A stretch of 63,957 bases of DNA, counting the filler, from Gonapodya sp. JEL0774 (Eukaryota), in the NCBI GenBank assembly GCA_027604505.1. It is 3 parts of 3 records of this genome, joined end to end, with 100 filler letters (N's around TTAATTAATTAA, not from the genome) between each part and the next. Parts side by side here need not be neighbours in the genome. Positions count along the whole stretch, not along the records: positions 1 to 22,864 come from JADIIX010000236.1; positions 22,965 to 45,722 come from JADIIX010000237.1; 1 more part is not named here. One strand, written 5' to 3'. Positions 12,036 to 25,812 of the stretch are shown here, piece after piece. A program made the translations under genes and the position numbers. A model generated the notes under the pieces. The model was given only the letters and a program-made list of their open reading frames with translations, did no database searches and had not been told where the DNA came from. How positions within the stretch are numbered: the first letter of the stretch is position 1; each line of letters opens with the position of its first letter.

Positions 12036-13730
12036 TCATTGCATTTGTACACTGATTTGGAAAGGACTTGGAGACTTCAATACCGCTAGCAACCTATTCA
12101 TATCCACATCAGCACCAAGATAAGCGCCAACGCACTGCACCATGTCAACTTCAATATCAGTACGACTGTACGCGGCTATTTCAGAAGATACTCTGCGAGC
12201 TAGGAATCCTTTCTCGCTGTCTGGGACTTGATCCAGCCATCCTTGACTGTCCCCACCGACAAAGTGCATGACACACGCTCCAGTCACATCAGCTCGACAC
12301 AAAGAAGGCCCCATGACATTGAGGCTTGTCAAAGTAACGGCATAGGAAGCCAGGTACTTGAAGCGCCGGTACTTTCCCACCGTTGCCGTGCCCAGGTGCT
12401 GATCCAGATCCGACGTCATCCCCTCATGCTCCAAACTCAACTTCAACCATTCAACAAGTTTGCGCTGTGGAACATCTTCTATCAGTATAGCTAGCTCGGC
12501 GGCGGCCTCGATATACTGTTCTCCGAGGCCGGAAAATCCCCCTCGCATGTACTCCCTGCAAAGGCTCCGGCGCACTTTAGCAGAGCGTGGCTTCCACACC
12601 GAGATCTCCTCCACCATATTTCTCCAATGATGGTTTGCAAGCGCGCACAGCAATTTGTGTGGTTCCAACCCTTTGTTTCTTCCGAGAATGCCAGACGCCA
12701 CGAACTCGCTCCGTATTCGACAGCCTGCTCTCAGCGTGTAGATATCCTCCAATTCCGATGGCTTGAACATGCTGATGCTTCTTGAAACTCGCTGCTTGAA
12801 CAACTTCTGCTTCGGCCCACCCCACAGGACCGACCGACGGTGTAGATTCTGACCATCATAGACTTCGTAGACACTGACGGTGTCATTGCCTTCCCTGTCG
12901 GGGAATCCTTCCCGCCTAGCTTCACAAAGTGCCTTAGCTACATGGCCAACGTCAGCCCAGTGCATCTTCCCCCAATTCATCGGGAGCACATTGAGAAACC
13001 GCTCCACCGGGTTGATCCTCCTTTCATCGAGCACAAGTTGCCTTGGGCTCCGATAAGGCCTCCTCGACGACCTCAGAATCTCAGCATCGTCCAGATCCAT
13101 CCCTGTGCGTGACGGACCGCTCCAAGCGAGCCATGCGACTCTTCGATATTCCTTCTGCACCCAGCTCTGTATCCCGTAACCGAAGACAGTCACTGAAAAC
13201 TGCAAGGACAAAAAAAGCACTGTGACGTCGTTGCCACTCCCAGTGAAGAGTTGCACCATGGAGAAAGCAAATGCTAACGTCACGGCAATGGATGCCACTC
13301 CCCACCACCAATGTTCCACTGTGTACATATACATCCTCACAGTCCACATGTCACTCAATTCTATCTGGGTGGCTATAGCTGAATACCCTCCAATGAGCAA
13401 GTTTGAAAGGGCTCCGATTCCGATTGCGGCGTAGTTGACCCACGTAGCCTGTCCGAGCGACACACTAATTGAATTCGGATCCTGCGCATCTACGGTGGGG
13501 GCCCAGTCTAATATGACCAAGAGGGCCACCGCGATCGCCGCTGAGCGCGCAGTGGATTCTAGTTGTGTCCACGGGCCACGGGTGAGCGACCTCTTGGGAG
13601 TGGTGCGAAGTTGATTACATGCCCACGTGTGTTGGACACTGAGCACTGTGAACGGGTCGTTTTTTGACGGAGAGAAAGGGAAGTACTGGAAGGTCATGGT
13701 GGAGTGAGCATGAGTGAGGATCTCCAACAT
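12036..13730 (-). CDS. Uncharacterised intronless membrane protein (up to 564 aa)
   Basis: Long uninterrupted ORF with about four N-terminal hydrophobic segments followed by a soluble domain (WSGPSRTG, GILGRNKGL). Start codon uncertain. Confidence 0.7.
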   Translation of the reverse strand: MLEILTHAHSTMTFQYFPFSPSKNDPFTVLSVQHTWACNQLRTTPKRSLTRGPWTQLESTARSAAIAVALLVILDWAPTVDAQDPNSISVSLGQATWVNYAAIGIGALSNLLIGGYSAIATQIELSDMWTVRMYMYTVEHWWWGVASIAVTLAFAFSMVQLFTGSGNDVTVLFLSLQFSVTVFGYGIQSWVQKEYRRVAWLAWSGPSRTGMDLDDAEILRSSRRPYRSPRQLVLDERRINPVERFLNVLPMNWGKMHWADVGHVAKALCEARREGFPDREGNDTVSVYEVYDGQNLHRRSVLWGGPKQKLFKQRVSRSISMFKPSELEDIYTLRAGCRIRSEFVASGILGRNKGLEPHKLLCALANHHWRNMVEEISVWKPRSAKVRRSLCREYMRGGFSGLGEQYIEAAAELAILIEDVPQRKLVEWLKLSLEHEGMTSDLDQHLGTATVGKYRRFKYLASYAVTLTSLNVMGPSLCRADVTGACVMHFVGGDSQGWLDQVPDSEKGFLARRVSSEIAAYSRTDIEVDMVQCVGAYLGADVDMNRLLAVLKSPSPFQISVQMQ

Positions 13731-14886
13731 GCTGGATACATTGGCACTATTGCATCCTGGGCTCTCATCGCGGGATGCGGGGTCAAAGTCTGGGGAAGGT
13801 TGAGGACAAGTTTGAAGTCCGTGGTTGTATTAGTTATGTAGAGTTGAAATCGTCACAGAGTGTAGATTAATTCTCATTCGCTTACCTCGGCGTGTCAGGC
13901 TGAACATTTTCGAAGAGCCCCTGGGTTATCCAGCGACTCAGAACGTTTTTCAAGTTAGTTATTTGGATCAATCAAACTGAGCAAACCGGAGAATCTCTTG
14001 GCCTCGTCCTCAGCAACTGTGACCCTAGACAGCTACACTACCATGGGAACACCAGTATATGTAAACTAATACTTCCTTTTTACTTCCTGACACAGAGCAA
14101 AGAACTGGAAGCTGTTAAGGCATGAGAGTTCTCCAGATCGCATACACATCTATTCTGGCCCTTATTAGTCAAAATTTTGGTCCCCGCTCACAAGTATCCC
14201 TGTGGTGTACACACGCAGTTATTATTGTAAGTTCCGCAACGAGGCCATCGGTGTCAGGTTTCATTCTTGATACACTTGATACACTTGATAACTCAGACTC
14301 ACTACTTAGTAAACTATGCTCATCGCACTCCGATCTCACCTCGTTTCTTTGAGCTATGTGAAAAAATAAAACAGTCAACCACGCTCACTTTCTCGAAATA
14401 AAATTGAGATATAATCTCTGGTCTGAAACACAAATCGGTCTCGGTCGCTAGGAAGCGTGGGTGTTGGAAGGTGCAGGCCGCCTCATGGCACCGTCATATT
14501 TCTTCCCTTTCTCTTTCCTTCATGTCCACAAATGAAGACTGTAAGTATCCACCCAAGAACAAATTTCAAAATGGCTCTTCACCCATAAGACGAGCAGCGG
14601 AGTTGTTGCAGAATAAGTAAGACGCAAAGACAGTGGTCCCCAAATTCGAATTCTCCACCAGTGATCCCATTACCTGTATGGATTATTTTTTAGTGAGAAT
14701 AGCGTTCCCTGATACGAACAAACGCCGATTAAAAAGAGTGGCTTCTATCATCCAACCCCGACAGGTCCAATTCCATACAGACGGCCACCTCTTCCCACTC
14801 TCGATCGCCGACATTCCCGCTCAAAATTCTGCAATCTAGCTGACGCAGTTGGTCGTCACTTCACTCCACCTCCCCTGGGTCCCCGC

Positions 14887-16993
14887 ATGAGAGGCATCGC
14901 TCTCATCATGCGCTTCGTTCTCGCGTTTTCTGCCATCGCCATCACCTATTTCATTTTCGCCACTTACACAACCGATAGTGCGACTGCTGCCGTCAGCGGA
15001 AGTAGATATGGGCCGGGCTCGGCCTCGGGTGGGGTGAAGTGGGCAGTATCGACGGAAGATGCACTTGGAGGAGGTGGCACCACCGAGACAGGAGGCGACA
15101 CCGTCGTCGCGATAGACAATGGCGGGAAACCGCATCTTCGACCGCCCCCAGCTGCCGTGGCTCCGAAACCCTCGCCCCCAGCAGCAAAACCCCTTCCCAA
15201 TCAGCCACTCAAGACGTCATCAGTGACTTCTGTCGGCGAAGCTCGCTTTGGTTCTGACTTCCCATTATCGCTGATTAGGCAGCTATACATCCCTTCGAAC
15301 CCGTCCGCGAAGGGTGATACTGGATTTGTGGGAAACCTCACTGCCATTTATGCCGCTGTTCGCAAACTTCCCAACTCTCAGCGAAAGCGCGTCCTCGTAA
15401 CAGGAGGTGCTGGATTTGTGGGCAGCCATCTTGTTGATAGGCTGATGCTGATGGGCCATGAGGTGATTGTTGTGGACAACCTCTTCACAGGTACGTTGTT
15501 TACATTCGACATTGAATGGTGATCATGGAATGCGATTCTTGTCCTGGAATCGTAACATCTAGAAGATTTGAGCTCGCGCAAGCTGTAGAGTCCCAGCGGT
15601 GCCTCCATTTTGGAATGGAGGCGCCTTGGTTTCAGTAACCTTGTCGGAAGTCTCTGACACGGCCCACAACCCTGCGCAGGTTCTAAACGAAATATTCAAC
15701 ACTGGCTTGGGCACCCTCACTTTGAATTCGTCCGACACGACGTCGTCGGTGAGTTCTCGTTGGCCAACTTCCCTGTCACCAGGCATTACGTACTGTTCAC
15801 ATTTTTAGACCCATATATGGCCGAGGTTGACCACATCTATCGTACGTGAACGTGAGGAACGTCATTGTTGAGATGATTTGATACAACAGCACCCCCTCCG
15901 TACGTAGACCTTGCCTGCCCTGCCTCACCCCCACATTACCAGTACAACCCTGTGAAAACTGTGAAGACGAGTGTCATGGGCTCTATCAATGTGAGTCGTG
16001 ACACGTGTCGAAGTGATCAAATTGTCCTGAGGAGTCGAGGACAACCGGGGTCACTCTACATGTTTCACAGATGTTGGGTCTTGCGAAGCGTGTCAAGGCC
16101 CGATACCTCCTGACATCTACCTCTGAAGTCTATGGAGACCCTCTTGAGCATCCGCAGTTAGAAACGTATTGGGTGAGCAGGATTTGCATCGTGTGAGATG
16201 TTACCGTTTGAACAAATCGACCTTGTTCAGGGTCACGTCAACCCTATCGGACCCCGCGCGTGCTATGACGAAGGCAAGAGGGTGGCCGAGACCCTTTCTT
16301 ACTCGTACCAGAAGCAGAGCCACGTGGATGTCCGTGTCGCAAGGATTTTCAACACGTACGCCGTGTACATCTATGTTCTATTCCCTTTTATCTGCTCACT
16401 ATTCTTTTGAATGACTTGGGGGTTTCCAAAGCTTTGGCCCTCGCATGAACGAAAACGATGGCCGCGTGGTCTCCAACTTCATCCTTCAGGCGCTTCGGGG
16501 CAAGGACATTACAATTTACGGTGATGGGTCGCAAACTCGCAGTTTTCAATACGTACATGACCTTGTAGACGGTCTCATTGCCCTCATGCATGGCAACTTC
16601 ACCGACCCTGTTAACCTCGGAAACCCCGGTAAGCCCCGCAACAATCACCGTTTTCGCGATTAGATAGAACCGCATTCAAATGAACTCATGTCGTCGCAGA
16701 GGAATTCACAATTCAAAACTTCGCGGAGATTGTGCGACAAATTGTGGGACAAGATGGTGTCAACATTGTCAATCTTGATGCTACACAGGATGACCCCCAC
16801 CAGAGGAGGCCTGACATTACACGAGCTAAGAAGGAGATTGGTTGGGAGCCAAAGTTCTCGATGAAACAGGGAATTGAGGAGACCGTGAGTTTTGGGAAGG
16901 ATCGGCTTTGTGGGTTAGTTTCTCACGTGTGGTTTTCCAATGCTCAAGGCCGAGTACTTCAAGCTCATGCGGGAATCTTTGGTTGTAGATTGA
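14887..16993 (+). CDS. UXS1: UDP-glucuronate decarboxylase (UDP-xylose synthase) with N-terminal signal anchor
   Basis: [63 protein letters not shown] and [14 protein letters not shown]. Many introns. Confidence 0.95.
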
Positions 16994-17250
16994 GATTCAA
17001 TTGTGTTTGGTCATGACGCATAATGGATATCATAAAGAGCACATTCTGTCATACGAAGAAGAAGGAGGGTGTTTCGTACTTTTTTCCCCGCCTGTTCTCC
17101 ACAACATTGTTATCACAATGTCACCTGTGTCATCGTTTTGGAATGCACTGCTATTCATTTTTCTGGTGGGGAAGGAATGGGGTGATGGTTGTTCCAAGAG
17201 CAGATGGGGTTCGTGAGATTCATGTCTGTGATTGTGCATCCCATATCCAC

Positions 17251-18244
17251 ATGAACAATCCTTACATCACAGCAGATGCCCCCATCCGCCGGTACAAGCC
17301 CAGTCAGATAAATGCGGACGAACTGGAGGACGCTAAAACTCTGAAACTCGGGACAGGTCGGTTTGTGAAACGAGGACGAACATTTGAATCACAATCTGCG
17401 GCACCGGAAGCTTCTTCAAAGGAAATTTCCTCTTGATCCATTACCTGATAATCTTTGCTCTTGTGAAAATGGGTGCCGGCATGTTTAAAATGAAGTTGAA
17501 GTTGAATTTATCACAGAACAGTGGATCCAGCAGTTGAGGACTGTTCTCTCCGATTCGCTTATCCCTCAACCTCGAGGTTTTCATTCTACATATTGCTTCT
17601 GGGACGGGTTTCGCCTGACGCTTCTACTTGATACTACTCAGACTTTCAGGACAGCTTTCCAATGTCCCACCCTGAAGCCCTCCTCCTACTAGAGAAGGGG
17701 AAAGACCGATTGCAGCTGGCAGGGGAAGTTTCCCAAACTGGAGGAAAGACGACAGAGTGAGTAGAGTGAGGCGGTTGTATGTGGATTGGATTGCATGCTC
17801 AAACCGGTTTGCCTCCTTGTCGACCGTTGAAGCGCTTTCAACAAATCCCTCGTCTACGCGAAGCGCTTTGCGAAGTTTATTGGACGTGACTCAGTTCAGG
17901 AAATCAAACAGTGAGCGACTTGAGTGTACATGTAATCCGACAATTTTACACTTCATTCCAACTTCCAGAATATTCCCCGTTCTACGGCCTGGTCAGCCAC
18001 TCGATGACAATGGTTTCCATTCGTTTGAGGTGGCAGAACTCATGAACCTTTGTCCAGAGACGACGGAGGAGGCGAAGAGTTGGATCCCAACGTGAGTGTG
18101 AAGCATTAACCCTGGTTTGACCTGGTTTGAATCGTTTGGCTGCGGTGCTTCGCGGGATGTTTCAGTCTCGAGCGCTTCGGTGACATCGACTTGAGGTCTT
18201 ATTTGGATGAATTGAATGCGCTTCGCCAACGAATGCAAATATAG
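17251..18244 (+). CDS. RPB4: RNA polymerase II subunit Rpb4
   Basis: EDAKTLKLG, FEVAELMNLCPETTEEAKSWIPT and YLDELNALR, spliced. Stop TAG at 18242-18244. Confidence 0.85.
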
Positions 18245-18373
18245 AAGTTTTTGCAACCCTGCTATGATACCGCTTTGCACTTTGAATATATTATAGATGC
18301 ACAATTGAAATTTTGAAATACCGTGTGATGCTCAGTGTATGCTGTTCCCTAATCACCTCACCCGTGTGGATCT

Positions 18374-21300
18374 TCAAGTTGACTTGAGCTTCTCGAGATT
18401 CTCAACAGGAAACAGGTCATGCGTGAAACGATTACGTCCAAAAAGATCCTCCAGCTCTCGCTCAATAGCTTCTATATGATCAACGACTCGAGCATGAGCC
18501 TTTCAAGGGAGGTGGGGGTAAGCCGGTTTTTGTGGTGAGTGCAGAAAATGATTCTCAACACGCACCAACGCAAATGCGTGATAGTAAACTCTCTCCAAAT
18601 CTGTTACTCTGACTTCTAACTCGTCGTGTGGAAAAGCATTGATGCGAACCATACGCAGAAGCCTGTCGCGCGCTTCTCGAGCCCTTGGCAAGAACGGAGG
18701 AATGGGCTGACGAGACACGAGTGTGGCTGAGATGAATTTCGGAAGTTAGCAAAGCGAAAGGTAGAAACACTTTGGGTTGGAAACCCACATGATAGAATGC
18801 CGAAGAATAGAATATTTCGGCCAACCATGTCCCTCCGTGCTTCATCAAATTTGCGAAGAAACTCTTTTGGGTGGTCACTCATTGCCTCTTCCACGTCACC
18901 CATGGCAGCATACAAATCTAAAAGTCTCTGGCACGAGTCCAAAATGCTCGCATAGGCTTTTCCATCCCATGGCCGATCAAGATCAGGCTCGGACGTAGCC
19001 AGTGGCAGCAACCCCCGAATTCTCAAGATTCGATCCTGAGCGGCAAGTTGCAACTTCCAAAGATCTCTCGCTGCCTCCAATCGCACATCCTGTCCAAATC
19101 TGCTTGGCTCCCGAACAACGACTTCATGATTAAGGCCCTCGACAACGAGTGCGGTATCTTTGCCGATCAGTTGAGCCACCAACTTCGCATAAATGAGTTG
19201 GTTTTGGTAGAGAAATCGCGATAACTCAACCCGGACGGACGTTCTGGCGAGTCTCGGGGCCACAAAGATTCCTACAACAAAGGCAATCCCGACACCGACA
19301 AGCACGGAGAGAACACGGATAACGGTGAATTGCAGAATCGATAGATCCGTTCCAATCGATCCCGTATATGGAAGAAATATAACAATTAGGAATGTTATGT
19401 TCGAAATCATCCCTGAAATAGCGAACCGGGTAAACAATCTTCGAAAACAAAACAGACGTTACACAATATAGGAACGACTCTTCAAGGAACGCACTCACTG
19501 TACGTAAAGACAGCAAACTGCAAACGGCAATTGAAACGCAACTATCACATAGGGCGAACCCGGTGAGACGACATATGTGATTCCGCCCCTAAACAATGAT
19601 GCAGTTATGTAACTATCCATAACTTGAAGTCAGCGGAAGGATACCAACCATATGCCTCCTAGAAGAGTTCCGTAGACTCGATGGATTCCAATTGGCACTG
19701 AAGCACCGACGGTCTGTGCGGGTAAAATGCGTCAACACAATGCCAAGCTTTCAAAGATGTTCAGTGATCACTCACCGGTGTTAAACAGACAACAGCTACG
19801 GAAGGACAGGACCACGGAAGGTCAGACGCGATGGCGCTCGTCAGAAGACAAAGCGCGAGAGTCAACTCACTGCTAAAGATGGCCCAATATCCCCTGACTT
19901 CCTTGTACCAGATAGCTAAGGGTCAACAACAGACATGCTTACAAAGCTGATAGATTCATAGATAGAAGGAGGGACCACGGTCACGCACCAGTTGGATTGA
20001 TGAATGCTAAAATGGCACTTCAGGAATCGACACCGGTCAAACACATTAAAAGTGATCCTTTTGGAAAGCAGTGAATCCCCGAGACCTACCCAATGAGTGC
20101 CGCCAAGCACACCTTTAAACCAAACACTACGTCCTTATGACCGAAAAATTCCATCACATGAACAACGACGGACCCAACGGCCCGATAGAAACCATCATGC
20201 TCTGCTTTTGCTCCAAGATCACGCCGCTCAAGCTGTTTGTTGGACCGATCATCCACCCCAGCAACGTTGTCGTCATCATCAGCTTCCGTCTCTATACTTC
20301 CAGTCTCGGACGATTCAAGCCGGCTCGTTCGACTCAGAAACCACCTATACATGGTCGTGCCTGGCAGCCAAATGCGCAGACGTGGGTATTTCAACCCGGA
20401 TTTGGCCGCCCGCTTCGACCATATACCATCTACAACAGTCGATAAGTCCTTCACTTCCATTGCAAACTCGCGGAGGCTGAACACGTAGTGGTAGATAACA
20501 AAGAGACGAGAACTTGGTCCGAGCATGCTCAACAGCCCCCGTTGCTTTAGCTGAAGTATCGCCTCTCCTTGCCGGTGGTCAAAGTCCTGGATCGCGACAT
20601 CGATGTTGCTAGCTGGTACTCCACCGTCCTCAATGACCCCGTCATTCACATCTGCCTTCACCCCCATAAATTTCGCTTTGATCATATCCACGAGCCAATA
20701 CGCCTCGTCCCGCGACGTCAACCTACTCTTGACTCTTGCCAACTCCTCCCCACACTGCAAAGTCAAATCGTGCAACATCGGTGCAATAAGTTCTCCATAT
20801 GCCCGGAGCACCTTATCCACTTCGATCTTTTCGTAATTTGTAAGATGCCGTGTGCTCGCCCTGGTAATCAGTAGGGGGATGTGTTTCTCGACCCCGTCAT
20901 CCTCAAACTCAGCCATGGCACTCCCCATGAAGCCTTCCGTACTTTCCGTAGCCTTGACAGATACTTCATGTATGCTTATGTCGCTAGCAGGTGGACGAGA
21001 AGGGGTGGTCGAGAGATGTTCTGTGGTGGTTTCGCCGACAACATGACATTCGTCCTCGGCATCGGTTGGTTCGAAGAGGGCTTTGTCACTGCCTCCATTT
21101 TCGAAGTGGGTATGCATGTCGACTGTTTTTGCGGGGTAAGACAAGACCGATGCTCAATAACCACCAAGAATCTGCATAAGACGGGACGACCCACCTCTGC
21201 TCAAAACCCCCGAGTACATCCCACCACAATGCCTAATCAACTTTTTTAGCGACCTGGCAATATCCTCCACTTCCTGCGGTGAATACCACGACACCGTGAC

Positions 21301-22635
21301 TTCGTACTGGGACTCCTGGAGGGCGGCGGTGAGTTTCGCCAAAGTAGATCGTAAAGCATTTTGTGCTGCAGTTGACTTGACACCGGAGAATGGTTGCGGA
21401 GTGGTTGTAGCGTTGAGTGAGGTTTGGGAAGGGAGAGGAGGGTGTGTGATCGAGATGCGCTCGTTTGCTGTGCGGTGGATGGTGCAGTGAAGGGGCCAGA
21501 CAAAAGTGTCACAGTGAGCGTGAACCGTGTTGGAGATGTCATCAAAGGATCCTCTGAGGGCGGCGCGGATGTCGTCGCTGGAATGGTGCAAAGCAGGTTC
21601 ACTGGTTGGGCAACGTAACCTTGCGGAAGAGCGACAGACCAAACCTTGCAGTTTCGGGGAACACGAGAAACGAAGAAAACAGGGAGCAAGCAGCTCCTAA
21701 AGCATCTGAAAAATCAAATCCATTGCATCACTATGTGGGTGAAGGAATATTGTGTGGTGTCGGACTCACATGCAACAAAAAGCCACCAGGGTCCAGTGTA
21801 AGGTGGTTCAGTATATTCAGCTTTCTGAACGAGGTTCAGGACTGTTGAAATGAGGGATAGTGAAGACAAGTTCCCGCGCACAAGGACCATCAGTCACGCA
21901 CTCGTTATGATAAGGGCGTTGATGGAAAGGAGGCGGAGTCTGGGGTACTAAGAAGTGTGAAAAGAGATGTTGCTCTGAATGAGGAAGGGGCGAGCGCGTT
22001 ATAAGCATTCAAAACGCGGCGTACCCTAGCCTGAATGACGCTCATCACGAAGACGTGAAAGAGGAGAAACGACAGAAGCGTGAAGGCACGCAGAAAGTCC
22101 CCATTCACATTCTGGAGCAAAGAAGAAAATGATCATTTATGGAGATGATGTCACCATTACGTGCCTTCACGCATGACGTATTTTCTCGTAAAATTACCTT
22201 ATTCTGCTGCGCAACCGCGAACATTCCGAAATTAGACCATGCAGCGCCCCACACGGAGCCTATCAGGCCGAATATAATGCTTTCCACGGTGGCGCCCAAT
22301 GTGCGACCAGGGTGGAAGAAGAGAACCGAGACAGGCGCGAGGAAAACTCCCTGGATGTCCCATCCCCAGTTAGCACGATTGATGAGAATGGGGTTATATC
22401 AGAGTTGACCGGGAAATCGAAGGCAGAGACAAAACGCAATTGGGGCGTGGTCTTTCGGGAACCAACGTGGAAGTTCTCACCAGCCCAAACGGATTGCTCC
22501 CTCCACCACCAATCAGCGAGAGCATCGTGGCAGCCTCGAGTGCGACGAGTGCGCGAAGAAGGCGTTTCGCGCTGCGGGGTTCAAGGTACAGGGATTCTGC
22601 GGGGAGGTTGGGATTCTATCAATACGTTGTTGCAT
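18374..22635 (-). CDS. FUSC / aromatic-acid-exporter / ALMT-like membrane transporter (Bre4-like)
   Basis: FFHPGRTLGATVE, FGLKVCLAALIG, TVGASVPIGIHRVYGTLLG, RVLSVLVGVGIAFVVGIFVAPRLAR and EPDLDRPW; duplicated TM-domain architecture with many introns. Confidence 0.8.
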
Positions 22636-22864
22636 CGGGATGAGACTGCAGGTATTGAATGAAAGCATACCATGAAGGGAAGAGATTTTTGACAAGATTA
22701 GTGGAGCCATCGTATCAAGCTGCGACCCTCTACGAGAAACCCAATGTGGTCCGTGATGGTGGCCGGGATCAAATCTTGGGACTGGTGCGGATAACAGAAT
22801 TCTGGGGCACCCCATATGGGGTGGTCCCTGCTTCGGATGCTTTGCCACACCCCAGATGAGAATT

Positions 22865-22964
22865 NNNNNNNNNNNNNNNNNNNNNNNNNNNNNNNNNNNN
22901 NNNNNNNNTTAATTAATTAANNNNNNNNNNNNNNNNNNNNNNNNNNNNNNNNNNNNNNNNNNNN
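22865..22964. other. Assembly gap / contig spacer
   Basis: N run with central TTAATTAATTAA (stops in all six frames). Confidence 0.95.
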
Positions 22965-23327
22965 ATACCACAGTTTGAGGTTATGCTGAGAATACCTTCC
23001 AAACTGCATTTGGACTGGACAAGTAAAAATTGTGCAACAAATTGTGAAGAACCGACGACGCACACGTGTACGCAACATTTTCCACGAAACTAACCGTTCA
23101 TTTAAGGTACTAAGCTGATGTAAATTGGCATCATGACCATCTCCACAATGGTGCCGCACAGTTTCGCCCCCAATAGAATCACCGCGAGCACAGATAGTTC
23201 AGAATGAAATTTAGCAAGGAATTTTACCACGGTGCGTCTTCAGGTTCTGACATCTCCCCCTCAGCTCCAACGACCCCTCCCCCCACTTCTTCACCCACAC
23301 TCCCTCCCCCTCGATCTCCCACCTAAA

Positions 23328-25631
23328 ATGGCTGAGTCCACATCCTCGAACCCCGCCGCGAAAATGCAGTAGTGCGTGATGCCCCATCGCATCTCCAGTT
23401 CCATCCATCGTGGTTTTTAACACTCTCCGACCCATCACACCCATCACCGCGCCCCCACCACCACCTCACCCGTCCCAGCGTCCGATTAGGCTCCACAGGC
23501 CTCCAAGTATCCCGCCTGTGCCTCGGAATGATGAGCTACGGTACGTAATGCGTCAAGGTTTACTGTCACGCCTCCGCAACCTCTCAACGCGCCCGTTTCC
23601 CCAGGTCTCAAAACGTGGGAACCCTGGATCGTGGAAGAGGAGGAAGCGTTGCCGATGATTGGGCAGGCGGTGGGTTGGCTGGTGTGTGGGGGTGTCGGCT
23701 GTATCACTCTCTTGCTGGACACTGTCGCACACCTGGGGGTCGTGTTACTCATCAGTGGGAAGCGGGGATAAACTGTGAGTTGCTTGTTTCGTGTTGTCTT
23801 TTCGATTTTTTCTTCTGTTTAATATATTTTTGCGATCACATTTGTCATTCGTGCTTGGGTCGCTGCAAGTCTGGGACACCGCCAACATGTATAGCAACGG
23901 TATTTCCGAAGTAATTACAGGCCACGCGTGAGTTATCGGTTTGTTGTTGTATTCTGGTGGCGGGGATCCGTAATACACGCACATATCCCTCACCAAACTC
24001 CACACTCCCACAAACACCACCAGCTTACAGCGGTTCAACATCGCCCGCGACCGCGTCGTCATCGCCACAAAGCTGCGGTTCCCAACTTACTACGACAGTG
24101 AGTCGGATGTGTGTGGATTGTTCGAGCAGCACCTTTGGCACCCACCGGATGCCGTGTGTGAGGTTACCGGTGACACGATTCGGTTTCCCGCGGTACGGCG
24201 GTACGGCGGTACCCGTTCGTAGCTCCGACGAGAAGTCTAGCGGCACCCAAACTGCAAGGTCCGACAGAGACGAACCGTGGGGGGTTGAGCAGGAAGGTGA
24301 GCGCGGACGCAGGATCCGAACGCACTTCCGCCCCCCCCGGTCCCTCTAACCAGCTCACAACTACTGCGCAGTGCATCTTCCAAGAAATTGACGCCAGTCT
24401 CAAACGTCTCGGTACGGACTATATCGATCTGTACCAGATCCACCGGTGGGACTACGACACGACCATCGAGGAAACCATGGGGGCCTTGAACGATCTGGTC
24501 AGGGTTGGGAAAGTGAGATATATCGGAGCTAGCTCGATGTGGGGTAAGTATTTGAAGGGATCGTGTTGATTGGGAAGGGGAGATATGTCCGAGCGCGCGT
24601 ATACGAGGGCTGTGGTAGCAGAAGCAATTTGATGCTCATGGATGGCTTTTTGGGATCCCTTTAGCGTGGCAGTTCTCCAAGGCGCAATATACGGCGAGGA
24701 AAAACGGTTGGGCAGAGTTTGTGTCCATGGTGAGCAACTGCGTTAGCCCGCACACAGGAGGTCTCTCTCACCCGTGATCTGTGTTCGATTTACCTCCAGC
24801 AAAACTATTACAACCTCATATACCGGTGAATTTTCTTGATCCGAGCTTTCGAGAATCTGATGTCGCGATCTCGTTCCCAATGACTGCCACCAAACTCTTG
24901 CAGCGAGGAAGAGCGTGAAATGGCTCCCCTCTGTCAAGACATGGGTGTCGCGATGCTTCCTTGGTCTCCTCTTGGTAAATGATATCTTGGGTTTTACTCA
25001 TCTATTCCGCTCATACCAATTGATCTTCGCGGGCCGCTTCGAAACCTCGAAGCGGGAGGCGCGCTCTCAGGTCGCAACCGAGGCACAACCCGGGAAGCCG
25101 GCGGAAATGGCTTTCTCAATATAAAACAGAGCGACGATGCTGTTGTGGAACAGGTTATCGAGGTGGCCAAGAAGAAGGGTGTGACGCCGAGCCAGGTGGC
25201 CTTGGCCTGGATGTGAGTTGACACAATCAATAAATTGTCTCGGAGATGATGCCGGTCATAAAACCATTTATTATGGTGATGCAATATAGGCTATCCAAGA
25301 AATATGTGACCAGCCCGATTGTCGGTGCGTACATTCTCCGTAGTAAAGTCTTTACAAGAATCTTCAGTTGGAGGTCTCATCATGAAAGCCTCACTGCCCC
25401 GGGACATTGTCTTTCCAAAAGGTATTACTAAACAGGCGTATTTGCAAGACCTGATCGGCTCCCTGGATGTTAAGTTGAGTGCCGAGGAGATTCAAGCTCT
25501 GGAGCAACGTATGTTTCGTTGGATCACCGGGGTGCCCTTGTTTATGCGGCAGCTAATTAAAGAACGCAATAACTGGTGCACTTGATTCCATTTCAGCGTA
25601 CATTCCCCACAATATTATAGGCCACGAATAG
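23328..25631 (+). CDS. Aldo-keto reductase (YajO / aryl-alcohol dehydrogenase-like)
   Basis: RLGSTGLQVSRLCLGMMSYG, WDTANMYSNGISE, SLKRLGTDYIDLYQIHRWD, GKVRYIGASSM and QNYYNLIYR. More than ten introns. Confidence 0.92.
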
Positions 25632-25812
25632 ATTCCTCGGTGAGGGAAAGAAGCAGGGGCGATGGGGATGAAAACAGTCAAATATGCTGCAACAGTGGTC
25701 TACACAAATGTAAATGTATACACATGTTCTCAGAATCTAGATCGCGGCCATCAGTTTATCGCCCGCCTCCAATCTCAGGTTTTCATTTGCTTTGCCTGAT
25801 GTGGTTCCACCG

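Noticed and set aside
22909..22920. TTAATTAATTAA palindrome inside the N runs (also at 45767-45778)
   Set aside because: Identical spacer in both gaps; an artificial contig linker, not biology.
24190..24213. CGGTACGG tandem micro-repeat
   Set aside because: Short intronic repeat in the aldo-keto reductase gene with no further structure.
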